From: Octopus sinensis
Taxonomy: Eukaryota
DNA: 64,000 nucleotides
Assembly: GCF_006345805.1 (NCBI RefSeq)
Contig: NC_043005.1
Location: 46,500,001 to 46,564,000 of the forward strand
Direction of reading: 5' to 3'
Shown: positions 49,751 through 62,330 of the stretch, one piece after another
Numbering within the stretch: position 1 is the first letter of the stretch
How the letters are laid out: each line of letters opens with the position of its first letter
Made by a program: the position numbers and the translations under genes
Notes under the pieces: model-generated
What the model saw: the letters and a program-made list of their open reading frames with translations, nothing else
What the model was told of the DNA's origin: nothing
Database searches by the model: none

Positions 49751-51215
49751 CTATATGTGTCTGTGTGTGCCTGTGTGCACACATTCTAAAGTGGCAGCAA
49801 AAACAACAATCCGATCGCATGTCAACTACCCATTAATGGTACCCCTTCTTCCACGTTAAGTGGCATTAAGTATATTTGCATCAAATATGTTTCATATTTA
49901 AGGTAGCTAAGGAGCTAACCGAAACTGTCCTCTGAAGTATACTCCTCTCGTCATTGAAAGAGCTCAAGCGCTTAAAACCTCAAATGCCGGCAACGTTTCT
50001 CAAGATCTATTTTTCGATAGTAGAGAGAGCAACATGGCTTATACTATCTGGAAAATACACCACACCTTTCCAGTGACTATCGTATCTCTAGCAAATAACC
50101 ATCTGAAAAAAAAATGCATTTTCGTGTGTCACTCGCTCGAAACACTCCTCACACCAAACCTCCTACTGCCCATTCTAACGCATCTCAAATGGAGGCGGTT
50201 TATCTAAACTGGGCAGTTACATACAATCTTCATCGAAGTCCACTTGACACACACATATTTGCATCCCTCCTATTGTGCTTCTTCTTCCGGTTCCATAACA
50301 ACCACTTTGTTGAAAGTATCCTATAAGTTCGTCAACATTCTGGAATATTCTTCCCGTCGATCCTTCCCTATGGGCATCGAATCACAAACGGTCAAACTGA
50401 ACATAAATCGTACAGGTCACTCCAGTGTCAAAGGATTTGCGAAACATGTAGACTATGCCTCTAGGTTAAGTCATAATCTTAATATATAGAATGCTAAATC
50501 ACGTGATTAGTCTTTTTCATTGTTTTCATATTTTTCTGACTGGCCGAACGAAGAAAGCGGTAGCTCTGCTGAACGAAGTAAAGGAAAGAGAAAGGCGCCT
50601 TGTAATTTACAAATTTTTGAATACATGTAGAAATAGAGGGAAAGCAGTGACACTAATTCTGAATATCAATAACAAGAGTTGATGAAAAATACATCGGTGA
50701 GTATTCTGCCTACGAAGCTATCTCTCTTGCCGACAAGTTTTAGATTTTGATGATCCTGTTGTTGATATGCTTCTTGGTTGTGAAGATAATCTCAGTTAAT
50801 TGGAGTTTTCCAACTCATTATACGTACATGTGACATCCGACAGTAGTGAATTTCATAGGCAGCCACCAGACAGTCAGACAGATATCAGACAATAGACAGC
50901 AGACAGACAGAGAACAGACAGACAGACAGACAGACAGATAGATAAATAAATAGACGTGTTAAAACATTTCAGTATAGTGGATACGGTAAAATAGAACAAT
51001 CGATAAATTTGTAGTTAGTGTTGTATCAGTATTCTACTGGAAGTGATTGTTGACAAGATCTCGAAGTAAATAGTTTTAACAAGCATTGCATTTATCATTT
51101 CGTCTTCTAGTTATTGTTTTTATATTCCACATTTTACATATTCCTCTTACTGCTTTTAGTAAATAAATGTACAGAAATATAAAAATTTGTTGAAGACTAA
51201 CCTATACGTATATAA

Positions 51216-51517
51216 GTGGAGGTACATGGCCTAGTGGTTAGAGCAGCGGACCCGCGGTCGAGGGATCGCGAGTTCGAATCTCAGACCGGGCGATGTGTGT
51301 GTTTACGAGCGAAACATCTAAGCTCCACGCGGCTCCGGCAGAAGGTTATGGCGAACTTCTGCTGACTCTTTCGCCACAACTTTCTCTCACTCTTTCCTCC
51401 TGCATCTTGCAGCTCACTTGTGACGGACCGGCGTCCCATCCAGGTGGGGAACCTATACGCCAAGGAAACCGGGAAACCGGCCCTTATGAGCCAGACATGG
51501 CTCGAGAAGGAACAAAC
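51216..51517 (+). mobile_element. tRNA-derived SINE, full length, sharing its 3' domain with family C
   Basis: GTGGAGGTACATGGCCTAGTGGTTAGAGC..GAGTTCGAATC..GACGGACCGGCGTCCCATCCAGGTGGGGAAC..GAAACCGGGAAACCGG..ATGAGCC. Confidence 0.85.
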
Positions 51518-51659
51518 ATACGTATATAAACATGTATATCTGCAGAAATGGAATAAACACTCTCAAAAAACATGGAGATACACGCGAAAGTACACACATT
51601 TATTCGCTCATAACAAGTAGTAGTAGTAGTAGTAGTAGTAATAATAATAATAATAATAA

Positions 51660-52362
51660 TTACAATAATTCTTTCTACAATAGGCACAAAGCCTGAAATT
51701 TTTCGAGGAGGGGACTAGTCGTTACATCCAGTGTTTCACTGGTGCTTCATTTATCGACCGAGAGGGGTTGAAAGGCAAAGTCAACCTCGGCAGAATTTGA
51801 ATCCAGAACGTAGCGACGGGTTATATCCTGCTAAGAATTTTGTCCAGCGTACTAACGATTCTAGCAGCTTGCGCCTTAATAATAATACTAACAATAATAT
51901 TCGTTTCAAATTTTGGCACAAGGCCAGAAGTTTCGAGGGAGAGGTTTAGTTGATTACACTAATCCTTTCTACTGGAATTTGGTTGGAGGAAACTAGTCGA
52001 TTACATCGACCCCAGTTCTCTACTAGTACTTATTTTATCGACCCCCAAAACATGAAAGGTAAAGTTGACCTCGGGGCGGAATTTGAATTAATGAAAAGAT
52101 GGACGAAATGCCGCGAAACATTTGCCCTATGTGCTAACGGTTCTGCTAGATCGACGCCTGAGTACTAATCCTTTCTACTGAAATTTGGTGAGAGGGGACT
52201 AGTCGATTACATCGATTCTAGTGTTTCACTGGTACTTAATTCATCGACTTAGAAAAGATAAAGGCAAAGTCGACCTCGGCGGAATTTGAACTCAAAACGT
52301 GAGCCGGATGAAATGCCGCTAAGTATTTCCCCAGCGTGCTAACGATTCTGCCAGCTCCCCGC
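51660..52362 (-). mobile_element. Cluster of three or more adjacent SINE family B copies
   Basis: GGCAAAGTC(A/G)ACCTCGGC..AATTTGAA core at ~51773, ~52060 and ~52262. Confidence 0.8.
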
Positions 52363-52439
52363 CTTCGACGCCTTTCATCCACCACCGAGTGCTTATATAA
52401 AACAGTGGGGCAGACACAGGAAAACACAACACAAAATGA

Positions 52440-54110
52440 GTGGGATTGAAGCAGGTAAAAACAATAACAATAAAATTATTACAATTATATCTCTAAAAGA
52501 GGGTGACTCCACAGGACTGCCCGTGGAAACCTCACAAGAATCACGATCGCTCTGATCTCTAGGACAAATTCCCTCTAAACTTCATCTTCTCTCGATCTAG
52601 AGGCACCTGCTTAGAGTACGCTCGTTCACTCGGGCCATTCCCGCTACATTCACCCATCTTTTAACAAAAATTACTGGGAGGTAGCAGTGCTTTTCTCTCT
52701 TCTTTCACTTTCCTTTTCAAGTGAAAACTGAAAAAGTTGATGAGGGCTTGGTCAAAGAGGAAAGTGCTTGACTTCAGCCCTTTCAACCTGGACCACTACA
52801 CGACCTCTTCCGCTAAAGCCACCAGACAAAGAAATACTGCTTACCTTTCCCAGTCAAAAGAAGTCGGCGGAGAAATCTTCACGATGGACTCAGCTGATAT
52901 CTGGATCCATCTTACACGCGACAGCAGGTGTTCGACATAAACCCACAAGTCAGCAATGCTCAGGCACTGGGCGAGAGAGTGCAGAACAGTTTCGTCGCTT
53001 AACGCATATATCGGACAAGTGCGGCTGACGGCACTTCCCTGCCTGTAGAGTTTATCCCGAACCGGCCACGTAACACTGTTAAGCCAGGGATTTCTGGAAG
53101 TTATCAATGGACCTCGGCCCGAAAATAACTTCGGAAGAGACCAGCCGACTCATTCTCATCGACTCCCAGAGTCTCCACAAGAACGTCATTGCGCTTGCCC
53201 ACCACTAACTCTATAGAACATCTGAGTGGAACTTCTACCGACTGTATTGTTCGACTGAGAGAGGACTATGAGTACCTGACGACACTCTAACTGCCAGGCA
53301 CCCTTCCTCAGTCTGTGCTTGATCCAGGACTGCAGCTCAGGCAGAGAAATGAGTTGCGGAAAATCGTGTCTGACAAAGTTAGGTAGATTGATCAAGTCAG
53401 GAATGGCTTTAACACTCACCAAATCGGCATGTAACTCTTTTCCCACGTTTTGAACATGCAGAATTTTTATTTTGTCCTCCATGCCGTATAATACGACTGC
53501 TACCAGCAAAGAGATGTCCACTACCTTTATTTTGATAACCATCCGACTAAGGTATGCTGGAATTAGCCAAAATTACTAATTTTTGAAGGTTGTTTTGGCA
53601 TTTTATTTATCTAATTCTTCAGTTGAAAATCTTACCTCAACTGTGCCAAAGCGTCTTCCACAGGCGCCATAAGTTTTGAACACCAGACCGATCTCAGACA
53701 TTTTCGATCAGGGTGCCTGCGTCATTCGCTCCAGTCTCTTCATATTTAATGATATACATCATGTTTTTTTTTTTTTGGTGCTTCTTGAACTTCCACCTAT
53801 TTGTGAAGGAAGACTGTTCTGCAAGTCTTTAAGTGCAGCTTAGAGTCGTTCAACATTTTTTGTGTCAACTTGACTTATTCTATTTTCTAACAAGCTTGTG
53901 CGCAATCGCTCGCATTCAGGTTAGAAAAAAGAACGGCCGCTGTTGTTATTCTATTAGTGTTTGTGGTGGTGGAGGTCGTGCTCGTGTCATTTTTAGATAT
54001 ATCTTGCTCATCGCTTCTGTCGCTTCTTTTGTTGTTGTGGTTGTTGTTGCTGTTTTTGCTGTAATCTGTGCTTTGCTTTTCGACTACATCAACTAATGGT
54101 GCGAAAATAA
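52440..54110 (-). mobile_element. Second Tx1/L1-clade LINE, internally deleted (ORF1 fused to the ORF2 C-terminus)
   Basis: FVRHDFPQLISL and RDKLYRQGSAVSRTCP..DETVLH match the 29600-30030 part of the first copy. KIKV..AIPDLINLP resembles that copy's ORF1 KITL..NIPDFISLS. Confidence 0.75.
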
Positions 54111-54366
54111 TGTCATAGTAGCTATTTCAATGGCCTCCTCTCGATTTGGGAAGCCATATTGCTATTTTTGTTTTAAAATATTAAATTTGCAATCCTAACT
54201 CTCAAAATTCGACCTTAAAAAGGGCGAATTCTCGCCAGGGCAGCTTCCCCTGCTTGCAGCGAGCTTGGTTATTTAGTTAACAGCCCAATAAAATTTGGAA
54301 TACCAACGAATAAAACAACAAATTTTAAAGAAACTTAAGAGCCGAGAACACGCGTCCTCTTGCTTC

Positions 54367-54592
54367 AGCGGCGAACTGGCAGAAGTGTTAGCACGCCGGG
54401 CGAAATGCTTAGCAGTATTTCGTCTGCCGTTACGTTCTGAGTTCAAATTCCACCGAGGTCGACTTTGCCTTTCATCCTTTCGGGGTCGATGAAATAAGTA
54501 CCAGTTGCGTACTAGGGTCGATGTAATCGACTTAATCCTTTTGTCTGTCCTTGTTTGTCCCCTTTATGTTTAGCCCCTGTGGGCAATAAATA

Positions 54593-54623
<31 letters not shown>

Positions 54624-54838
54624 GTTTCAAATTTTGCCTCAAGGGCAGCCATTTGGGGTGGAGGGGATAAGACGACTTCATCGACCCCAGTATTTCACTG
54701 GTACCTAATTTATCAACCCCGAAAGGATAAAAGGCAGAGTAGACCTTGCTTGGCAGAATTTGAACTCAGAACGTAAGGACGGACTAAATGCCGCTAAGCA
54801 TTTTACACGGTATGCTAACGATTCTGCCAGCTCGCTAC
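54367..54838. mobile_element. Tail-to-tail inverted pair of SINE family B around (AAT)n
   Basis: Plus copy 54367-54595 and minus copy 54620-54838, both with head and core. Confidence 0.85.
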
Positions 54839-56206
54839 CTTAATAACAAAACAACAGCAGTAGCAACAACAACAGCAACAATGATTCTATTAAATTATAT
54901 ATCCTCTTCGAAAGTATGCATTGTTCTTTTTATCTTTCTTACCATCATACTTACTCGTATTTCTTTTATCTCGCATTCTCCTACTCTGATTCACTTTTAC
55001 TCTCTCTCCTTCTCCTTCTCTCTCTCTCTCTAACGTTTCTATCAACTTTCTAAGTGTCACTAATATAATCCATGTATATTGAGAGAATATCTCTTTCAGT
55101 GACAATTTTAGTATGGAAAGGATTAAAAATGACTTCATATAAAGACAGCTAAAACGATTATCTACGCTTAGCGAACCTAGGTTATCAGTTAATATCGTGT
55201 ATATTTCTTAAATCTCAAAAGAATTCATTCTTAATCTCTAAAACCATATTCTATGGTAGTGAGATTGAGGCTAAACATTGATTTTCCGTGAGATATTTTT
55301 GAATTGTTTTAGCTTAAGTAAAACGAAAAGTGAAGCGAAATAAAGAAAATAGTGAATGATTGAGAATGATAGCAGAGCAGTTTATTAAAGATCCAGCACA
55401 GATTTGTCTAACAACTTTTCTAACTGCAATGAATCACCAGAAAACTTACAATCTGCAGCAGTTCGTATAAAAGTAAGCTAATATGGCTTCTTCAATTTCT
55501 AACGATATAAATGACCTTTGTCACTCAACAGACAGTTCAGAGAAACTGGGCTGCTACCAAGACATATAGTTAGCCGATTAACATACGGATTTTCGAGGTT
55601 TTCTTAGTCTTTATGCCAATCACTTTTGTATTTAGACAGATTGAAATCTCATCTTATATACAAATTAATCAATACTGAATGATCAATAAATTGTGATCAT
55701 ACTTATTAAATTAGTCACTGATTAACCACCCATCACAAACTAATGATATACAAAAACGAGGGTTAATATGAAATATTCTCGTCATATTTATCTATCTCTG
55801 TAATTGTTTCCAATTGCCATGGCAGTAAGTTATAGATTCACCAACGAAACAATTTAATTCTGGATGATTAGTAGTTCTGTTTCAAACAAGTCTTCTTTTG
55901 CATATTCAGAAGCATTTATATTCGGTGTTTTACGAAAATATTTTTGATCGAATCAGAAAATTCCGAAGTAATTATTCAGAAACTACCAAAAATATATAAT
56001 AAAGGGAAGTTAATGGAGACCTGTGGAATCTGCAATAAAAAAAAAACAAACAAAAAAAAAACACAACAAATATATTGCTTTTAGTTTCTCAGTGCCAAAG
56101 CAGTGTATACATACATACATACATATATACATACATACATACATATAAATTCATGTATGTATGTATTTTACGTACATGCATATATATATATGTATGTTTA
56201 CGTACA

Positions 56207-56249
<43 letters not shown>

Positions 56250-56479
56250 AACAAAGGAAAAGAACAATGTCTTCAAAGGGCTGTAAAACATCCAGTTCAT
56301 CTGGCGCGGCAGTTGAACACCACAGAAATAAGGGTATAATGAAAATTACAAACAATAGATCAAATAGAGGGATTCAATTGACAATCTATCTATTTACTAC
56401 ATTATAGTATAATATAATATTCTATAAAATATTACATGCTATAAGATAAGATAAAATGACCAATTTGTTATTTTTCTGT

Positions 56480-56585
56480 TCCACTGCGTGGCACCTTGGG
56501 TAGTTGACTTCTGCAATAGCCTCGGACCGACCAAAGCCTTGTGAGTAGATTTGGTACACGGAAACCGAAAGAAACCCGTCGTATG

Positions 56586-56616
<31 letters not shown>

Positions 56617-56661
56617 TGTATGTATGTATGTAGTATGTATGTATGTATGTATGTATGTATG

Positions 56662-56731
<70 letters not shown>

Positions 56732-56932
56732 TATGTAAGTGTGTGTATTTGTCTCCCCACTATCGCTTGACAACCAATGTTGGTTTGTTTACGTCCGCTT
56801 AATCTAGCGGTTTGGCAAAAGAAACTGATAGAATAAGTACTAAGCTTACAAGGAATAAGTCCTGGAGTCGATTTGTTCGAGTAAAGGCATGGCCGCGGTT
56901 AAATGATCTGAAACAAGTAAAAGAATAAAAGA
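56480..56932 (+). mobile_element. SINE family A with an expanded internal microsatellite
   Basis: CCACTGCGTGGCACCTTGGG..GACCAAAGCCTTGTGAG..(TATG)n(TA)n..GATAGAATAAGTACTAAGCTTACAAGGAATAAGTCC..AAAAGAATAAAAGA. Confidence 0.85.
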
Positions 56933-56941
56933 ATATATATA

Positions 56942-57837
56942 TTAGGTTGTTTCACATAAAATGTCGTTTTGGAAAGGTAACAATAAAATGTTTCAGAAGT
57001 GTTAGAGAACTGAGATATTTAATCAAAGTAAGATCCATATTCATATATTCCATCTTTAAAAAAAAAAAAAATCATCTTTTGCTGTGATAATCTATCCGAA
57101 TGCTTCAATTACCTCTTCTCTATTTAAGAGTGTTTTATTGCTTATGAAAAGCTCAAAATGCTTAAATAAGTGATGATGAGTAGGAGAGATATCGAGGGAA
57201 TAGGAAAGGCGTTGCAAAATCTCATAAGTCAGGCTTTGCAACTTTGGTACCGTAGCTTGAGGAGTGTGAGGACGTGCCTTGACTTGGAGCAAAATTAGGC
57301 CATCTCTATTCACAGTTTGGGTTGCTTCTTTTTGAAATTCCCATGTATACAATCAATTTCCTAGCAATATGGTGTTACTGTTACCGTTTGTCCTTGTTGC
57401 CAAAATGAATAATGAATAACTCCTTTCGCAGCCCACCATACAGTGACCACTAACTTTTTAGGGTACAATGGTGTGTTTGGGTAGTGTTTAGGTGACTCTC
57501 CTGCAACTAATCACTGTCCTGTTCTCCTGCTGTTGTCAAAGAGTATCTATTTCTCATAACAAGTACTGATTTGATGCACAAATGGTCTTTTTTCAGTCGA
57601 GAATTCAGTCAAGACGCCTGAGTTTTTGAATCTCGTTCAGTTGATGTGGAACAAACCTGTCCGTTTTCTTGACTTTTCCAATTTTTTACATGTGTCCAAA
57701 AATAATTGTGCGAGATGTTTGGAGTTCTGATAAAAGTTTTCGAACCTTGGCTCTCGGATTTTCTTCAACCAAAGCATTTAAACCATCATGCCGAATAACT
57801 GATTTTGGCCTACCCCTTCGTTTATTTTCAAGGCTAA
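56942..57837 (-). mobile_element. Decayed mariner transposon, 5' end replaced by an RTE insertion
   Basis: TA|TTAGGTTG end at 56942. Transposase SLENKRRGRP..FVPHQLNE..ISTCYEK*ILFDN..VVTVWWAAKGVIHY..QVKARPH..YSLDISPTHHHLF. Confidence 0.85.
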
Positions 57838-59715
57838 TTGGGAACTGGAATTTCACAAACTCTTCACGCAGGGAGCAGGGACTACTGGACGAGGTCAAAA
57901 GATACCGGGTACATGCAGTCGGTGTTTTCTCCACATGTTTCCATGACTCTAGCAGCGAAGATATTGATGCAGGGTGGAAACTCCATTATTCAGGTGTGGC
58001 GCCAACTCTGTCTGCACAAATGGGAGTAGGAATACTCACATGCCCTCGGCTGCGGAATTGTGGTATGGAGCGGATCACACTTGGTAGGACGACATTGCCT
58101 CCTGAAACTTAGGCTAAAGGAAGGAAGCTGTGGCTGTTGCATGTATATGCATTCAACAGCGAGACCAAATATAAATCTTTCCTTGAAGTTACTACAGCTT
58201 CAGATGTAGGTAAGATCGAATCATTTGCTTCTGATTTCGAAACAAGAAGAACTCTTCCACACCTACCATTAAGAACTTGGCTGATGCTTTTCTCTCTATA
58301 TGGAAAACATGGAGAGGATATGTTGTTGATATCCAAAATGCAGTCACAATGAAAATATTCTGGTGGATTTGAGATGCATCTTGAGTGAAAACTAACCTCA
58401 CAAAGCCTGAAGTCATAGAGGCGATAAAAGCACTCAGATGTGGCAAGGTCACCAGTGGGATAAAATTCGGCCTTACATTTTATAAGAAGGTATTCTCAGA
58501 TTGTATATACCAAGTGGCTTTAGCCATTGGAAAGATACCAAAACAATTGTAATCCTGAGTAATAAGCCCACATTTTAGAGATGGAGACAAGAGAGCGTGC
58601 TTTAACTCTATAGAAGTATCTCCTTGCTGAGCATTCCCGGTAAAATTAGTTGCAACTCTCTGTAAAAGAGATGTAGAGAAATTGTCGATTCCAAGCTAGC
58701 TGAATAACGGCATGTCTTCTGTCCTAGATGCAGCACAATCGACTGGTAGGTCTTCGAGTAATTGTGGGAATATTGTTGCCAAGAGGTATATGCGGGCTTT
58801 GTACACGTCAAGAAGGCACATGACCACACCATAGAACATGATGTGGAGGGTTTTGCAGGAGTTTGTGATTAATGGAAAATTACTTGCCGTGAATTCTCCC
58901 TTACGAATATCCAGATGTTAGTGCTTGGTTTAATGGTACTAAATTGAAACCTGCGTGTTGTACTTCGGTAGCAGCGCGTATTGTCATCTTTCCTTTTCAA
59001 ATTTTTTTATGAACTGGCTTGACATGCACAGCCGTTGTAGAAGTGGTATCACAACCAGTGAGTGTAGAATCGGTTGGCTGTTAACTGTAGACGACACGGG
59101 TGCTAGTTGGTTCATCAGAAGGCGTTCTCCTGCACGCACTGAATAAATTCACTGTCAAAGGCTGCAAGGAAGGAATGAAAATTAGTGTTGCAAAGACTGA
59201 GACCTTGGTCTTCCCAAAACGTCTTCCCAAGTCATTTTGCCTGTTTGTGGAACATCACTAACGTAAATGGAGAAATTTAAGTAAGATTCTAGAATTGCTA
59301 GAGGTGCTAGTGCAGTAGTGTGGAAACGCCAGCATGCTATCCCCAGAAGAGAGGAGGTTTGTAGAGAAGTGAAATTCGCCATCTTCAGTTTCTTTTGCCT
59401 GAACATACCTATGGTCATGAATATGAGGGAATGATTGAAGTTGTATGACGGCTAATACAAACGGCGGAAATGGGATTTCTCCAAATGATCTCTGGGCTAA
59501 CGTTACTCGACAGGGTGCGTAGCTTGGAGATCAAGGAGTCTCTCCAAATCGAGCGGGTACTTCTCTGGATTAAAAGTTCACACGTACAGTACTAGAAACC
59601 TGAAATTAGTACGTCATAGAAAATAATCTCAATACAGATTCTTCAAGCCAAAGTAAACAGTAGAAGACCATGGGATAAGTCAAGGAAAAGATGGTTGGAT
59701 AATATCTATTGTTTC
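57837..59715 (+). pseudogene. RTE-clade LINE, long decayed copy (endonuclease plus RT)
   Basis: IGNWNFTNS..LLDEVKRY..GWKLHYSGV..GVGIL (endonuclease); FMNWLD..LLTVDD..GMKISVAKTE (RT); KSRKRWLDNI near 59700. Confidence 0.8.
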
Positions 59716-60234
59716 AGTTGGTCACGGGGAAAGCATCTGAAGGGGTTTACGTTGAACGAAAAACACCAACCACCGAACTTTCCTTTTCTTGGTTCTTTCT
59801 TTTTCCATGCTGTTTTCTTTTTCCACATTTTCTTTTTCTCTTTTATTTTTGCCAGTCTTATCTGAGAGAGCAGCCGTGATTATTTTGAACCTCAAAGATT
59901 ACAGAATTGTATACTGCACGCAATACAATCTTGTTTGATTGTTGTATTGCCGGACCTCGATGCATATACTACTTACATTTGTATGTGTATATATATATAT
60001 ATATACACAAATAAATGAGTAACCAAGATGTACAGTTGTCAATTCATTATACGTGTGTGTACATGTATATACAAGCATATATATGCATTCATATAATCAT
60101 ATAAAGATATGTATATATATGTATATATATATATCAATACCTATATATAAATATATATATTGCAATATACTCCATATATATGCATATATATACGCACACA
60201 CACACACATACACATATATATATGCATACATGGG

Positions 60235-60432
60235 TACAGGACGTCACCAAGTGTAAAGAACATGAAGTACGAAAACAACGAGAAAAAAGATTGAAAACAG
60301 GATATATAACACAAAGAAAGACCCTTTACCAGTTGTCGTTTGTCTGTCTGCTCCTAATTTCGAGCAAGATAGCCGACAAATGATGAAGTTTCGTTCTTTG
60401 TGTTACTTGTCCTGTTTTCATTTTTTCTCTTC
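60235..60432. repeat. Short palindromic Penelope-tail-like repeat; a related one-armed copy lies at ~6860-7010
   Basis: GAAAACAGGATATATAACACAAAGAA..CCTTTACCAGTTGTCG is the reverse complement of CGACAAATGATGAAG..TTCTTTGTGTTACTTGTCCTGTTTTC. Both loci begin TACAGGAC(A/G)TCA. Confidence 0.55.
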
Positions 60433-60543
60433 TCTCGCTTAGCCAGCGGGGTGGCGTCATTTGAAGGCTAAGACAATGCGAAGCGCATTGTGACCAGCGA
60501 TGTGTAACAACATCTGATAGCCTGGTCGGTCAGGGTGATCACG

Positions 60544-60591
<48 letters not shown>

Positions 60592-60781
60592 GAAGATGGA
60601 CAAATTTTATACTGTACTCTACTATGTTCTTAAAATATAATCTAACTCTCGCCCTCTCTCTCTATATATATATATTTACACAGCCACACACAGCCACACA
60701 CACACACATACATATATATATATGTATATGTATATGTTACATATATGTATATGTAAACTGTGTTTATATATGAATATATAA

Positions 60782-60821
<40 letters not shown>

Positions 60822-60929
60822 TATATATATTTATATATACACACACACACATATATATATATATTTATATATATATGGCTGATGGACTTTTCATACACTA
60901 TAAACTGTGCCAGTGTTGCTGGAATAACT

Positions 60930-61330
60930 ACAGATATAATATAAACACACAACACAGCAGACGGTTTCAAAGTATGATAAAGCGATCATACTCTCAGACA
61001 TGCCGATTCACGCAGACAGGCAGATTAAGGTAAATCGTCCAGATAATACTGTCAAAGAACATCATGAAGAGAAATGTCTCGTTATCGATATATAAATTCC
61101 AGCGGATGACAATTTATCTCCAAAAGAAATAGCGAAACTCTCTAAATATATTGACCTGGAAATAGTGACGTTCAGAATCATGGTATTTAAAATAGAAATG
61201 CTTTCTGTAATAAATAAATAAGAGGTAATCTGTGAATTATGAAATAGTATGAAAAGGAAAAAATATAAGCATGACGCGATAGATCTGCAGCAAATACTAC
61301 TACTATGAAAAATACATATGGTACGCAGGG
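60930..61330 (+). pseudogene. Restriction-like endonuclease domain of a non-LTR retrotransposon (R4/Dong-type)
   Basis: ILSDMPIHADRQIKVNRPD(61033-61044)..KCLVIDI*IPADDNLSPKEIAKLSKYIDLEI. Confidence 0.8.
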
Positions 61331-61360
61331 CACAATGGTAACAATATTGTTTTAATCCTT

Positions 61361-61394
61361 TAGTCACTGGACTAAAAGAATAGTCCAGTGACTA
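61361..61394. other. Perfect 14 bp hairpin
   Basis: TAGTCACTGGACTA-AAAGAA-TAGTCCAGTGACTA. Confidence 0.9.
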
Positions 61395-61419
61395 GGGCAA
61401 TAGCATTGCTTTATATATA

Positions 61420-61483
<64 letters not shown>

Positions 61484-61514
61484 TTCAAAATGATAGTAGT
61501 AGTTGTAGTAGCAG

Positions 61515-61580
<66 letters not shown>

Positions 61581-61617
61581 TAATAATAGGAACAGAACAG
61601 CAAACTATGCATATAGC

Positions 61618-61649
<32 letters not shown>

Positions 61650-61793
61650 ATGTATTTATGTGTGAATGTATATATATATATAAATATATATATATATGAA
61701 GTAGAGCACGCTACTGTAAGTAAAGAAATGAAACGACTACTACTACTACTACTACTAATACTAATACTACTACTAATACTGCTGCTGCTGCTG

Positions 61794-61827
<34 letters not shown>

Positions 61828-62099
61828 AGCTTTCGCTGTAATAGCTCAAGTGACAAAACGTACAAGACCGATGAGAGAGGTTACCCTCGACTGACCAATG
61901 TGATGCTAAATGTTTACACTAAGTGACTATTCACTCTGACCCTCGTGCATCAGCTGTTGTAAAATGAAGCGATTTAACCTCTCAAAACAAGACCGAAACC
62001 GAATCCACTGGAGATCAATTCCAGATGACGATGTCTGATCGTCTCAAAATCATTCTATAGATCGAACTAGAACAGTGCCACACGAAAGTAAAATATATT

Positions 62100-62330
62100 A
62101 CCATCCTTCTTCAAAATTTATCGCTGGTGGTATAAATTGCTGGTGGATCTTCCAAAAAGCGCATATGTCTCCACTTTCCAGCTCATGCCACCAATGGTTA
62201 GTTCCAGGCCGAACATAAACATTTTGTCCAAAATATTGAAGTCTGCGAATCACGGGTCAGAAATTGTCCACACTATCCTCCGAATTCGTGTTGTGTTTTA
62301 GTAGCAGCCACATATTTCGCTTATACATTT
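62100..62330 (-). pseudogene. Possible Tc1/mariner catalytic-domain relic
   Basis: Minus strand TGACCCGTGATTCGCAGACTTCAATATTTTGGAC resembles WPxxSPDxNxLD with frameshifts. Confidence 0.25.

Noticed and set aside
53636-53796. Minus-strand exon candidate with good splice sites (MSEIGLVFKTY..)
   Set aside because: It lies inside the ORF1 region of the second Tx1-like element; cryptic sites in a transposon are the simpler reading.
1614-61849. Dozens of ORFs rich in YI, CV, HT, LS or poly-I/L/S in the supplied track
   Set aside because: They are translations of (TA)n, (TG)n, (ATCT)n, (AAT)n and (CTA)n microsatellites, which lack stops in some frames.
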